DNA from: Takakia lepidozioides
Lineage: Eukaryota; Plantae; Bryophyta
DNA: 64,000 bases
Direction: 5' to 3'
NCBI GenBank assembly: GCA_030704615.1
Contig: CM060734.1
Span: 55,924,001-55,988,000 of the forward strand
The notes under the pieces were generated by a model. The model was not told the DNA's origin. It saw only the letters and a program-made list of their open reading frames with translations, and did no database searches. A program made the translations under genes and the position numbers. Shown here one piece after another: positions 47,478 through 61,350 of this stretch. Numbering within the stretch: position 1 is the stretch's first letter; each line of letters begins with the position of its first letter.

Positions 47478-50400
47478 ATGGTCGAAGAGACGGAGAATTG
47501 CGGCAGGAAGAGAAAGGGATTTCAGGGAGGCGACGAGCGCTTGAACAGAAAATTCCTGAGCCCTGTTGTGATAACTTCTCGTGATGGGAAGATTGCCATG
47601 AAGGTCAAGTCGCGTCTATGCCTGGATCCAGTGTTTGCATGCGATTCCGGGGATAGCGGGGTTGAGTTGAAGCAGCGGTTTCTCACCCGAATCAGCCAAG
47701 CAGAATGCCTTCTCAACAGCAAGAAGATATCTTCTTCAGACTCTCTTCTGGACACCCTTTGCGTGCCTGGGTCAAATTCGGAAAAGTGCTACACAACGCC
47801 CGGGCGCCCGAATAGAAGTACCAAGATCCCAATTTCTGTCGCATTGCAGAGTCCGATGAATCCCGAACGAACCCCGGTGGCCGTTAGTAAGAGTATCGGG
47901 TTCCAATCAGGGACACCCGCCGTTCAACAGAGGCCTCGCCCACCCATGTCGGGAAGAAAGATGAAATTACAGGCATCCAGACATTTAAGTACAATAGAGA
48001 ACCAGGTATTGCATGTCTCAAAGAAAGAAATCGCCCAGAAGGAGCTTTGGATGGACCGTCAAGAGAGGGCGTACACCGCGTGGTTGAACCACTTGCTGAG
48101 GCAACCCATGTATCCGAACTCAAAAGTCTTGAATGTCGGTGTTGAGGCGGCAACCAAGGAGGTCAACGGTTGGGTTAATATGGACTCTTGGGGCTCGAGT
48201 GCTGATAATGGTTCTTTTTCAATCGATAATGGGAACAACGTGGCTGGGAGGTGCCCAGTGGAAAGAATCCCAGGTACGAGGCCTGTAGACAATCGCTTTT
48301 CATTCTTGGGAGAATGGAGGGGGAAGAACATATGTACAAATAGGAAGAAAGAGAAATGTGAACACAAAAGCCTTGCAATTCTGGAAAATTCTAATGGCTG
48401 GAGCACTCCAGTGGAATGTGGGGGTACCCCAACCCTCTTTTTTTCTGAAGTTCTTCGAAACAAAATCCTTGAGTGATGCAATTTGATGAATGACCAGCTT
48501 GTCCTCCTCACAAATGTGGAATTGTCTCTTACACGCCTTAAGCATGACTTTCTCAAAACAGTGGTTGTCAACAGTCGGACACCCTGGCAGCAAGTACAAA
48601 AGCGAAGAAGGTTGTCTTCCAAAGGTCAATTGGCTCTTGTTGGAGGGCTGAAAGATAATAAAGACCAGAGTTCAGAAACCCATCTTCGCCAGATCTGCAG
48701 TGCATCCGAGCTGCACAGTCGCCTCCTTCCGCACTTGGAGCCATGCAAGTGTGACGAAATTATCTCCATTATGATGCATCTGGCTAAGGTATGCGACAAC
48801 CCCACTTACTATTTCATCTTGACCGTGATTGGGATTCTGCAGATATAATGAATTTGGAGTTTCAGTCATTTTGTCTCAGTATTTCTCCCGCATCTTTCAG
48901 ACTGTCTCCCCCTTCCCAGATGATCAATATTCAAGAAAATGAGTTGTGGCCATGGATGTGCAGCATATAGACAAGGGCAGACTGAGGATGAAAGCAGACT
49001 GTGCAATTCTTGCGGACATATCCTTGCGTGAGAAGGCCTTACAAGTGCTATTGAACTATAATCCGGCATGGCTGTGGCTGGGCTTGGGTGTGGTGCTTGG
49101 TCACACTGCCTTCCGTCCCAAGGATAGGCTGCTGGTGGTTGATGAAGTGAAAGACAAAGGAAGCCAAACTTGTGAGAATGCCCTGTTGGAATTGCTTCTA
49201 GAGAGGCACTTCTTTGCAGACGCCAGCCTTGCCAGGCTGTATGCCTCAAACAAGTTAGTCTCCATTCTTTTGGGCACAAGCATCCTACCTTGTTTCCTGG
49301 CATATGGAAGCTGTGCATGACATCTGAAGGTGCTGAAAGGCAGAGCTTGTATCCTGTACATCAGAAATCTCAGTTGGAGATTGTGCTTGTCGGGATTTCT
49401 TAGTGGATGGAAGAGAACTTTGGCATTTGTGTTAGCATTGCTCTGATTGACAACACTTGCACTGAAAATCTTTGTTTACTCACCTACACTTTCCATTACA
49501 GGTCTGTCAAAGGATTGTACCGTGATGGGTATTATGAGTCATTGGGTAAAGTGATTCTGAAGAGGTTCTTTCTGCTGGTACTATTCCTGGACAAGGCCAA
49601 GTGTGAGACAGTTCTACACAATGCTCATGGTATTGATGGGTTGGATGGGGGCTCCCCGCTGCTGTTCCAACGCAACACTTCAGTGAAATCTTCCCATCAT
49701 GCCCTGGAAGGTAACTTCCGGTAACTTCCAAAGCCAACCCCAGAGTCACCCTTAGTGTTGGCCGAGGAAAGTGCATTGCGGCCAATTTCATGCCAGATAT
49801 GAGAATAGTCCCTGTTTAATGTGACAATGTTGTCCTCTTTAGAGTGGAATTCATGTTCCAACCTTGACGTGGCAGATTTTCTTTCTGATGCTCTGCAAGG
49901 AGAAGGAGATTTGATTGGACATCTTGGGAAACTGGGATACCATGTCTCTCACATTCAGGTAAAATCTTATTTCTCAAAAATGCAACAAGCAACTAGATCC
50001 AAATTGAAAGGAATCTGTTTAGGTGTGCACAATCATTTTTGTAAAACATTTTAACAGCTGGGGTCCATGCAATGAGTTCTAACCTCTCTGTCTGGTCTGT
50101 ACTAAGATGCAAACCTTTGGTTCCATTTAGGGGTCTGAGTAGGAACCTCGAGTTTTGACAGACCAAAGTTTCTGAGCCAGCACTATTGAATGGGGATACA
50201 CAAAAAGATTCTGACATCCTCCAGGAGGTGGGTCACAGGCTCCGCTATGTGAATACAACTTTGAAGTGGGGAATTTGGTTGAAGACCTTCAGGATGGTGT
50301 CCGTCTCTGTCGCCTGGCGCAACTCATGTCTCATGATGTATCTCTCCTTGTGGTACGTCCCTGTGTGCAATTCTCTCTCTCTCTCTCCTTACTTCCAGAA

Positions 50401-53400
50401 TAGGGGCTGTGTTAAGGGGCAGACCACAATGAGCATTGTAAATTGAACATGTAAACGTCCTGAGTTATTTCTGTCCTCTATCTGGTGCCATGCTGGTATT
50501 GAAATTATTATGAGCAGGTGATTAGCATCTATGCTCAGCTGCCAGGCCTGTCACTTGCATTGTGTGGCTAAATGAAGATAAGAGAAGGGATCATAGACGG
50601 AGAAGCGAATCTTGGGAATGAATGCAGTCTTGCAAGGATGAAGGCAATGGGAAGGAGGGAGGACGTGAGACAGACTTATCAGTCAAGCGATAAAGAGGGT
50701 ACAACATATTAAATGTCCAAAGAGTCCCCTAGAGCCTGTTGAACACAGTAGAACTACAAGAGAGCCAAATGAGTGTGAAGAGAAGATAGTGGAAAGAGAA
50801 ATGACCTTCATAACATGCAGAGGAGCCCCTAAGATTTTATGGGACAAGAACGCCTAGCAAACAATGCAATCACTTGGAAACAAGACATAAGTTGCTGCAT
50901 GAAGACAAAACCTGATGAATGTAAGGTACTGATCATTACTGGTCTTCATTATAAATCCCTATGCCAAGGATGAGCAGCCTCCGAAAGCACAGTACTATCT
51001 CCATTTCATCTTATAGTGCTCAGGGAAGGAGACAAGGAAATGATGTTCTGTCTCACTAGTTGCATGGTGCAAGCTGGGCAAATCCTACCCCTGTCTGGAT
51101 CTGAAAGTTGTGCAAAACAAGAACGAAACAAAGAAGGGAAGGAGGTTTATCAATTCCTCAAGAAGCCCACAGGGTTTATGGGACCAGAGAGTGGAAGGAA
51201 GTATGAATGAAATGGTACTTTAAGAAAGGAAAGGAACTTTATAATGTTCAAGGGAAGCTCAAAGAAAAAGAAATGAAATGAAAAGGTACTTTATAACGTC
51301 TGCAGAAAGCTCAAAGTGCTTATGGGAAAGAATTGAAATGGTACTGTATAACGTCCACGGAAAGCTCAAAGAGCTTATGGGACAAAATGGAAAAAACAAG
51401 AGAGGAAACAAAACCAGAGCCAAAAGAACAGCCCAAAAGCAACAAGCATAGCCTATTCATCAGTAGATTTGATGGAAAGCTTCATGCAGATATGCTAAGC
51501 AAAGGAAGAAATTCATTGTGACCACACAAGCTTGGAGAGTTGAAGCAACAGATTGTACTCATAAGACGCTGTTTGCCGTAGCCTTGTGGCCATTGACCCC
51601 GCGCCCAGTTTGAGCGGAAACCAAAGGGACAGAACCTACCTCTGTCAGGGTCTGACGTTGGTAGTAAGACTTACCTTCATATATAGAATTAATCCGGGTT
51701 TTCCAGATATCCTCTAGAAATCCCTTCACACAAGCATCAATCTGCTGTGTGTGATTTGCCCAAAAACTAGGCCTCAGGAGGGCCTGGGCTTTTGGCTCAG
51801 CCTCGAGACTTTCAAAGTTGGTAAACAGAGGTACAGGCACAATTCCCTTGATAGATTTGAAGAGAGCATCTCTTTGGTGAGAGAACCCTGGACAGTGTAT
51901 CAGAAAATGAATACTGTCTTCAGGTTGCCCACACAACGGGCAGTTGCACTCTCCCTTTCCTCTCTGCTTCTGTTTGCTGTTCAAAGGTAGGCTTCCTGCC
52001 CTGAGTTTAAATTTCAGTCTAGTGCCGAGAGTGGGTAGACCCTTGAGGTCATCCAAGATGTCCTCAGACAATCTCATGGCAACAGACATGGCTTTGGACA
52101 CTACAGCCTCTAAGTCAGATTTATCCAGCAGGGTCAAGACTTGCGGATCCAGGTCCAGGTCCTTGAGAATGTCTTCTACTCTCTTCTGCCAGGACTTAGC
52201 CTGTTTGACAGGGCGGTCCTGTTTCCAAGATATAGAGTCGATTAACTTAGGATATCTGGTGTTGGGCATATGTTGCAGCTGACCCCACCATCTGACCTTG
52301 AATTCATCTCGTCGGGAGCTTAAGGACGGAATGCCCCGAACAGCCACATTGGCTGTTTTGGAGCATGCTGACATACACTCCTTAAGCACCCCCACTTGAA
52401 TAGATTCTAGAGACTTAGCCTGGTTGGAGTTATCAACCCATATTGCAGATCCGTACTCCAAGGCAGGTCTAATAATGTGACAAAGCATGGTTTTCTTAAC
52501 CTCAGAGTTGACCCCTCTGCAGTGGAAAAATTTAGTGAGCCCCAGAGCTTTGCCCTTGCCAGTTTGAACAACTTTCCGGATATGTGCATCCCAATTACAA
52601 TTGGAGGAAAACTCAACGCCCAGGTAAGTGTAGGAAGGGAGGACCGGGATCTCTTGGCTACCCCACTGCCACTTAAGATCACTTCCTCCCTCTCCTCTGT
52701 CGTTGAATGCTACCACTGCACATTTGCTGACATTAGCCAATGAAGCAACAGAGACAATGTAGAACAAGAAGTCACTTCAGAAAACACCAAATGTCTCCCA
52801 AAGGTGAAGTGCCTCATCTAGGTATGCGGCCGGAGACTCTGGGTCCTCGAAGCTGAGAAAGACAGCCAGAAACAAGGAAACTTTCAACACACAGAAAGAG
52901 TGCAACACACCTAATACATGTAGCATTCAGGGAGCTACTGTTTTTCACTTCCTACATTGTTGATTTCACATGTCAACTGTTGGTGCATGCAGAAAATAGA
53001 ATGGCCATGTCATGTCAGAAAGAGGCGTCTGCACAATTGTGAGGTGGCATTCCGGGCCCTGGCACATGCTGGGGTGCCTCTTCTGGATGAGCATGGAGAC
53101 TGCATCACTGCAGACCATATTGTGGATGGTCACCGTGACAGGGCCTTACCACTCCTCTGGAACATCATGCTTCATTTGCAGGTATGTTGTCTGTGTGTAA
53201 GGGGAAAGGGACTAATAAGGGACACAAGAAAGAAATAAAGAGAATTTTGCTTCTGGCAGGGTGAGATGGACAGAGGAATGAATTGGCTGAAATTACATTG
53301 CAACGCTGTGGGATGCATGTAAGCAGCTACCTCAGTTGGTGAGCCAGCCAAAGCTATGGCAGGAGATAATCCAACTTCAAGGGTCATCTGGCAGTCCTGC

Positions 53401-56400
53401 TATGGTATGTTCTTGAAGTCCTCATGCTACTGTCCTTAGCTTTAATTTGCCACTGGAGTGTGTTTAGAACTACTGTGGTGGATGGAAAGAGATTTCTCTT
53501 CTCTCCGTCCTCATGCCTATCTGCCTATACTTCTCATAAACACATGACACTTAGTCTCCATCAGACCTCCCTTCTCTTTCACATGGGAATCTCAGGGACT
53601 GATTTAGGGTGCTTGCAGCGTCCAAGCTTTGGCAGAAGAGGAGCTGTGCTGGATTTGCTGTTGGCTTGGGTTCAGGCATGAACATCTTCTCTTATCTTGC
53701 CTCGCACTGGTCCATCTTGGTGTCACAGCTGACTTAGTTGTAGTGTGCCGAAGTGTTGATATGATGTAAAGGTGCCAGTCTGGGAATAGAATGTACTCAT
53801 AAGACATTGTTTGCCTTAGCCTTGTGGCCATTGACCCCGGGCTTAGTTTGAGTGGAATACAAAGGGACAGAAACTACCTTTGTCAGGGGCTGACACCGGT
53901 AGTATGACTTACCTTGGAACAGACAATTGTTTTCCAGATATCCTCTAGAAATCCCTTTACACAAGCATCAATCTTCTGTGTGTGGTCTGCCCAATAACTA
54001 GGCCCCAAAAGGGCCTGGGCTTTTGGCTTAGCCTTGAGACTTTCAAAGTTGGTAAACAGAGGTACAGGCACAATTCCCTTGATGGATTTGAAGAGGACGT
54101 CTGGGAATAGTAGTTTTTTGAGGCCTGTCTGATTGTTTTACATTGAAGTGCAGGCAATTTGTTTACATTATGGTGCTGTGATGGTGAACGATTTCACCAC
54201 GTCATTTGCAGATGCCCAAGCTCTCTGCTACATCATCAGCTTTTACCTCCCATCTCATCTGCCCTACCATGCTATTCTTCCAACAAGCCACAGAGTGTCA
54301 AGCCCTGGGGTAGGTTTCTCCTAAGCCAGAAAACACTTGAAGCTTGCTGTAGCATGGAGCCTTATCTGTATGCTACAGTTTGTGAAAGAAAAGAATGTAC
54401 GCATAAGACATTGTTTGCTGTAGGCTTGTGGCCATTGACCCCCGCACCCAGTTTGAGCGGAACACAAAGGGACAGACACTGTAAGGGCTGATGCCTGTCG
54501 TATGGCTTACCTTGAAACATACAATGTGAAAGAAAATAGAGTAGGATTGTTGAATACTGAAGTTTGGCACAGGTCTTAGAATCTAGCAACTGAAAGCAGA
54601 AAACACTAACATATAATATCTTGTATATAACTGATGGCCAAACTAACTAGGAGAAGACAAAGGAGAAGGAAATTTTTTTGGGTGCACCACCTAAAGGGAC
54701 CCTAATTGGGTGAGCAGGCCAGACAAGAAATTCGACAGCACAGGCGATGGGAGGGACAGGATCTACTACGGGAGGATTACAAGGTTGCAACTGCACACAA
54801 CTATGGGATGGTGGAAAGGGTTGTCAAGAAGCTTGGAAATATTCCAGAGGTGGACCTTCCACTTTGAACTTTCTGCTTAACTTACCTTCTGCTGTTAATG
54901 GGTTGGGACTACAGCTGATCTTGAATTTAAACTCAGCTCCAGGCTGAGATTCGATTACATACATTCACATTGTGCTATGCCCCATCAATACTCACATTCA
55001 TTGCTCAACTATGTTTGTCCTTTTTATCTGTTATGCATACATCCTCAGGGTTGAAGTAGAGTAAAACTGCATATTTATACAAGTCTGTCCTTAACTCTCA
55101 GAAACATGCAGCCATTCACACAATACAGTCACCTGCATCATGAGTTGTATCTTAAAAATGTTCCAATTTACAGGTTCTCCAGCTGAGTGACTTGGTGGAT
55201 GGTGACCCATGCACCAATGAGCGCAATGTCATCATTTATGTTGCGTACATCTGCTCAGAGCTGTTTGGCAGCTCACAGGTAAATATTTAACCCCTTACCC
55301 TTCCTTCTCTCTCTCCCCTTAAGCTCCCGACGAGATGAATTCAAGGTCAGATGGTGGGGTCAGCTGCAACATATGCCCAACACCAGATATCCTAAGTTAA
55401 TCGACTCTATATCTTGGAAACAGGACCGCCCTGTCAAACAGGCTAAGTCCTGGCAGAAGAGAGTAGAAGACATTCTCAAGGACCTGGACCTGGATCCGCA
55501 AGTCTTGACCCTGCTGGATAAATCTGACTTAGAGGCTGTAGTGTCCAAAGCCATGTCTGTTGCCATGAGATTGTCTGATGAAAATGAAGTTAGGCAGAAA
55601 ACTTCCCTGAACTTGTTTCCAGTCAGTGACATGGGGGAGGACATCTTGGATGACCTCAAGGGTCTACCCACTCTCGGCACTAGACTGAAATTTAAACTCA
55701 GGGCAGGAAGCCTACCTTTGAACAGCAAACAGAAGCAGAGAGGAAAGGGAGAGTGCAATTGCCCGTTGTGTGGGCAATCTGAAGACAGTATTCATTTTCT
55801 GATACACTGTCCGGGGTTCTCTCACCAAAGAGACGCTCTCTTCAACTCTATCAAGGGAATTGTGCCTGTACCCCTGTTTACCAACTTTGAAAGTCTCGAG
55901 GCTGAGCCAAAAGCCCAGGTCCTCCTGAGGCCTAGTTTTTGGGCAAATCACACACAGCAGATTGATGCTTGTGTGAAGGGATTTCTAGAGGATATCTGGA
56001 AAACCCGGATCAATTCTTTATATGAAGGTAAGTCTTACTACCAACGTCAGCCCCTGACAGAGGTAGGTTCTGTTCCTTTTGTTCCCGCTCAAACTGGGCG
56101 CGGGGTCAATGGCCACAAGGCTATGGCAAACAACATCTTATGAGTACAATCTCTCCCCTTAGGTATGGTTACAAACAGCTCAGGTAGGAGATAGTTCATT
56201 GGATGTAGCTTGCTTAATGGCACATGTGTGTGGGACTAGTTTGGACTGGGGAAAGATGAAGAGACAGGAGAATTTTTTGTGAGAAGAAATGCCAATGGAA
56301 ACCAAGAGGGGGCCTCGGCGACACAGTACACAACAGCAGAAACCAACTCCGGCAAGGATTAGGGATCTCTTAAGTCACCTTTATCTTTCCCTGGTCTCGG

Positions 56401-59400
56401 AGTGGGTAGGGCACAACAAAACGGCTATTGTCTTCCCTGAGAAGTCTTACTGTCACAACCTATCTGATTTCATCGGATTGAGAGCGATAGCCGAGCAACT
56501 GTATTGTAGAGAGAATGCTGATACAGAGAAAATGAATGCAGCATCTTCACGTTGATGAAGTGATAGAGACAAGTGTTGATGGGAATGGGTGCAACCCAGC
56601 AAACGAAGAGGAGTCTGCACCTTTGACAGAGCACCTTGCCAGGGGATATAGCCATATTGAAAGTACGTTCTCTCTCACCCCTATAGACCACTAAATTTCT
56701 TTCTGAAGCCTCATCACAAGGCCTGTACAACCTCTGTACTTTGGCTTTTACCAGAAAACCAGATGTACTTTAACGTTGTCCAGGCCCTAATCCCATGTCC
56801 AACTTGACAAGTGAATTAAGTCTCTAGAAGTTTTTGGAAGCTTACATGCCATTAGGATACAAAGGTGGTCGAACCACACATTCAATTTGAGCCATGAGGG
56901 GCAAGTCATCGCAGCATTATGTATATATCTGATGTCATGTCTTCGTCTATTTAAAAAAGTGATTGTGCTATGTGAAATAGAAGCAGCAATACAAATTCAG
57001 GCCAAGTACAAAGCACTGTTACAGCAACGTTTGTTCACAAATCGCAAAATTGCAGTCACAACACTTCAGGCGGTTGTCAGAGGGTGGCTGGTACGCCGAG
57101 CCCTTCGCATTCTTCATTGGCAAGAGGAGAATGCAGCAGTGGTTATTCAAGCCCACTATCGAGGATGGTTTCAGAGGATTCATCTCAAACTTATGCTTGC
57201 CCACGTGAGAAGACTGCAGGCATGGTCAAAAATGCATCAGTTCCGTAAGCGCTTCTTACTCTTAAGAATTGCGGCTTTGAAGATCCAGCAGCACTGGCGG
57301 GGAATGACAGCCCGTAGAAAGTTTCTCAAAGTTGTGAAATCTGTTGTGAAGATCCAGAGCTGCTGGCGTGGTCATGAGGTTCAGCAGCTAGTAGTAGAAT
57401 GGAGAAAATCAGCAACTGTCATTCAAAGTTGTTACCAGGGTTACGTTCAGAGAAAAGTATACAAGTTGGATAGGGCTGGGATTGTGAGAATCCAGGCTAT
57501 TTGGAGGGGTAAATTACTTCGGCAGAAGGTGAGAGCTTGTGGGGCAAATGCAACTAAAATCCAAGCCAGTTGGCGTGGGCTTTCTGTTAGAAGAACTCTT
57601 CGCAAATGGGGAGTCTCGGCCACCCGTATTCAGACATGTTTCCGTGGGTATCTCCAGAGAAAATCTTATCAAAGCTTGAGAACAAGCATCATAAGGTTGC
57701 AAGCACTTGCAAGGGGTATTTTGGCACGAGATGCTGTTAAAAGTATGAAGGAGGAGGTAATAAGACTATATGCCTGTTTAGCAATTGCTGCTGTGACGAT
57801 CCAGGCCAGATGGCGTGGCCACCAGGTAAGGCAGTCCGTAGCCCATCAGAGCAGATCAGTCACCTGTATCCAGAGTTTTTACCGTGGTCACATTGCACGG
57901 GTGCAGTATAAGAAGTGCAGGTCTTCTATCTTGAGGCTGCAGGCATACTGGAGAGGTGCATTGCTGCGGTTGAAGATACAGCAAATGAACAAAGTCATTG
58001 TTAAAATTCAGGCCTGCATAAGAGGAAGAATTGGTAGACAAAGACTTACAAAACAACATCAGGCTGCCTGCCGCATTCAGGCAGTTGCGCGAGATTGGCT
58101 TGCCCAAAAAGAGGCTTTATCCGCGATAGTTTTGGTGCACAAAACCACATATGCCATAAAAATACAGGCTACTTGGAGGCGGTATTGGAGGCATAAAATC
58201 TGGTCTCAAAAGTCACAAGCAGTGACCAAAATTCAAGCAGCCTTCCGTAGTTGGCACCAACGCAAGGTTGTCCGACAGATGCACAAGGTGGGATGGCACT
58301 TACTATGCCTGATCCTCATCTGTTGAGCTCTATCACTGATTTAAGAGATACTAAGTTTCCTTGCCCGCCATGGTCTGTACCCCTTCTCTCTAGACTTGGA
58401 AGTTTCCAGCTACAGGCCGCTCTGTGTTTTGAGGGAGGGGTGTGGGGATAACTAACTAGAGGACAGTCTTCTCGTATTCTCTTTCTTGAGAAACAACCAG
58501 TAATTGATGTTTTAGAAATGCTTAAGTTGGATCCTAGCAATCCATGTGACAGTGACAGAAACCACTCTGGCTCTGAAATTGCAAACTTTTGAGGTATTGA
58601 TGATTCTTCAAATCATGCAGAAATCGCGGTGTATGCTGGATTTCCATTCCAGTTGACTTCAACTCGAATCCTACAATGAATAGTTGTGCTGACATTTTTT
58701 CTCGATAATTTGATACTCGCAGACCCCAGTCCAAGGTAATCATGTTCGGCATGACATGGCTGATCAGTTGGCTCGTGAGCATTCACATTCTCTGGAAGTG
58801 TCAGCAGCTACTACCATGCAAGCTAACTGGAGAGGTTATGTTGTCGGAATCAAGCCACTAATTCTGGCAAGAGAAGGGGAATATAGGCAGTGTCGAGAGA
58901 CTGATACTGCCCGTAATTTGCCAGATCTGGCACGTTTCAGGAAGATATATAGTACTTCTGAGCTGGAGGCTGGTCAGATACTAAACATGTGGGCCAGGTC
59001 ACTTCATCATAGGGTGAAGTTCTTGAGACTACGACGGTTGGCCATAGTGATTCAGCGTTATTTTCGTGGATGGCAAGTGCTCAAGTCTTATGCACTTGCC
59101 AGGCAATCTGCAGTTCTCATTCAGGTCTGTATCACTGCCACTATTATTGTAAATGAGCTCCTCTTGAGTTGGGCATAGGACAGCCTCAATAGACATGCAC
59201 AGGATCTAACATACTTTCTCTTTTAAAACATACCAACTGAAATCCTTAAGAAGTTACCACAAGGGTACAAATTCCCAGAATTCATTAGGACACCGTAAAT
59301 TCTTGGGTGGGAGCGTGAGGATCACCTTTGCCCTGCTTGCCCCCGGGACAACAGGAGGGAAATTGAAAGGATAGAACATCTCTCCTTTCACTGTCTTTTC

Positions 59401-61350
59401 TATGATATCTGTGGGAGATACTCCTGTCTATTCCGAGATAGCCAATCTCTCACAGAGGTCTTCCACTGAGGATCAGAAATGCGTTGCAGCATATATGCAC
59501 AAGGCGTTGACTGTTAGACAATTGCAACAGTCTTTGGGCTGGTTGTGGAGGGCCCTCTCTCTTACTTGTTTCATGCTTTCTCTTGTCCCATAAGCTCTTT
59601 GAGCTTTCCATGGACATTCGAAAGTATCAGTTCACTTCATTTCTTTCTTTCCCTCGCTATCCATTATCTTCCTCCACATATCCAAGCCATTTTAAGGAGC
59701 TCTGTTGTGAGGGGAGTTAGGCACATTGGAGGGGGCATGTATTGAGGAGAGGACACAGCCACATGAAGCAGCAGCTGCATCAGCTACGCCAGCGTATGCA
59801 GGCCACAGCAGCAACAGTGAACCACAGCCAACGCTTGGGCAACCGTCTCACTGAGGCTCTGGCACTTCTGTTAAGCCAAAAGACTGTCAGTGGCATCCTT
59901 CATATATGTGCCACTATTGGTAAGCATTACCCCTTTATCAGTGGTTGATGAAATCTACAGGGTCTTAGATGAGATTTTGTTGATGCAAACATGTTTCTTG
60001 TGGTTCTTGAGTATGTCCTACCTTGTCCCAGCATTGTTTTAGTTAAGAGATCTCTGGCAGTGCGGCAACAACACCCAATCAGTTAAGGGTTTTTAACAAT
60101 CTTTGTTCATCTCACTACCTGAAGAATATTGAAGGAATGTCAGCAAATTCTACCATTGTGCTTCTAATCAGGGTTTGGTTTGGTGATGCACCTGTGGGAT
60201 GCAGACTTAGTCACGGAGCACTCAAAGCAGTGCTGTGAATGGTTGGCAGAGGGGGGGGCAATTACTAAACTCTTGCAACTCATCCAGACCACCAATCGTA
60301 GTCCACCACACGAGCAGGTGCTCAAGCATGCACTCTCCATCCTGGCAAACCTTGCCTGTGTTCCTCATCTGATCACTCACATCGTGGAGGCACCAGGCTC
60401 TATCAATATCATTGCTGAACAGCTTCATATGTTCCGGTATCAAATAATGCCACTCCGTGTCTTTCCTCTACCTTTACTATGTTTGCTCCATGCAATCAGT
60501 GTGGTCTGTGGCAAGTTACTCCACAAGCAGGGATTCCATGTATCAGTAGACTCACATCCATGAATACATGTTGAACTACAGTTTGCAATATCCACCCTAT
60601 ACTAATTCCGTTTTGGTTATGATTACCCATGCTATTAAACACATGGTAGAGTGGGGCATCCAGAAAAATTAACTCCAGACTGACGGTGGGATGTGCATGT
60701 TTTTTGTGAGTAGGAACAAAAGGGGAATGTTTGTGACCTGAGCATTCCTTTGAATGCAGAAACAATGAGGAGGTGTTTGGTAAGGCAGTGAAAATCTTGC
60801 AGCATGTCTGTTCTATCCCAGCAGGCTCTGCCATAATACGGAGCACACCACTGTTGCTGCGGAGGTTGCAGCATGTGGCCCACATGCTGGAGCGGAAAAT
60901 TGAGGTTGAGAAGAGGTACATCTGGGTGATACTCCAGTTTTTACTTGACCTTTAACTGGAATATTGCCTTGAGCATCATGCTGTGTGTTCATCCACAAAC
61001 GGGAAAGGGTCAAAATATATAAGAGAATGGGTGTGGATAGAGGCTTGAGATGTTGAGAATCGTGTTTCTCCTGTTGGAATACTGACTACAGTGTTCATTG
61101 CAGGAATTTGGAGAGGCAATCAACACACTCCGTTCTCAAAAAAGCTGCAGAGCAGAAGGTGACTGAGATGGTCTTGCATTGCCACTCAATCACATCCATG
61201 CTGGCAGTCTTGGGTCCTGGGAAGCAATGGCTGATCAGTGGAAGCCTCCGGAGACCCGAAGCAATTACTACAGCCTACAAGGCAAATAGAGGAAAAGGAT
61301 TTGACAGCAATCCTTCACGATTTGCATTGCAGGACCGGTCAAATCACTAG
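47478..61350 (+). CDS. ASPM: Abnormal spindle-like microcephaly-associated protein homolog (CH domains, IQ repeats, ARM-like C-terminus)
   Basis: Exons: 47478-48788, 48964-49253, 49502-49710, 49876-49958, 50239-50352, 52993-53181, 53327-53404, 53565-53675, 54154-54309, 54718-54849, 55174-55278, 56542-56662, 56981-58287, 58723-59124, 59721-59919, 60205-60436, 60760-60915, 61104-61350. Motifs QERAYTAWLN, IDKGRLRMK, GIDGLDGGSPLLF, DLQDGVRLCRL and many IQxxWRG. One in-frame TGA at 48474 is unresolved. Confidence 0.9.
51553..52740 (-). mobile_element. 5'-truncated LINE family A (RTE/RTEX/CR1-group-like), open frame
   Basis: YTYLG...RPALEYGSAIW...CPLC....DSIHFLIHC; tail ttatgagtacaa; TSD TGAAGCAACAGA (51541-51552, 52741-52752). 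Has a 60-nt in-frame deletion relative to the 55322 copy. Confidence 0.93.
53790..54098 (-). mobile_element. 5'-truncated LINE family A
   Basis: Homologous 3' end; TSD GTCTGGGAATAG (53778-53789, 54099-54110). Confidence 0.9.
54393..54524 (-). mobile_element. Very short 3' fragment of LINE family A
   Basis: GVNGHKPTANNVL terminus; TSD TGTGAAAGAAAA (54381-54392, 54525-54536). Confidence 0.88.
55322..56149 (+). mobile_element. 5'-truncated LINE family A, inverted relative to 51553-52740
   Basis: Near-identical protein to the ORF 51559 C-terminus; TSD TCTCTCCCCTTA (55310-55321, 56150-56161). Confidence 0.93.
59300..59650 (+). mobile_element. Degenerate 3' fragment of LINE family B
   Basis: WEREDHLCPAC...IERIEHLSFHCLFY and a gagctttcc...gacatt...aaagt 3' UTR; related to 62413-62940. 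Confidence 0.7.

Noticed and set aside
48474-48476. TGA repaired by U-to-C editing or read as selenocysteine
   Set aside because: Plant U-to-C editing is organellar and this is a nuclear gene; land plants lack the Sec machinery.
52741-52767. ATG start of the 402-aa LINE ORF
   Set aside because: The N-terminal residues come from the TSD and flank; the element is 5'-truncated and lacks the RT core.
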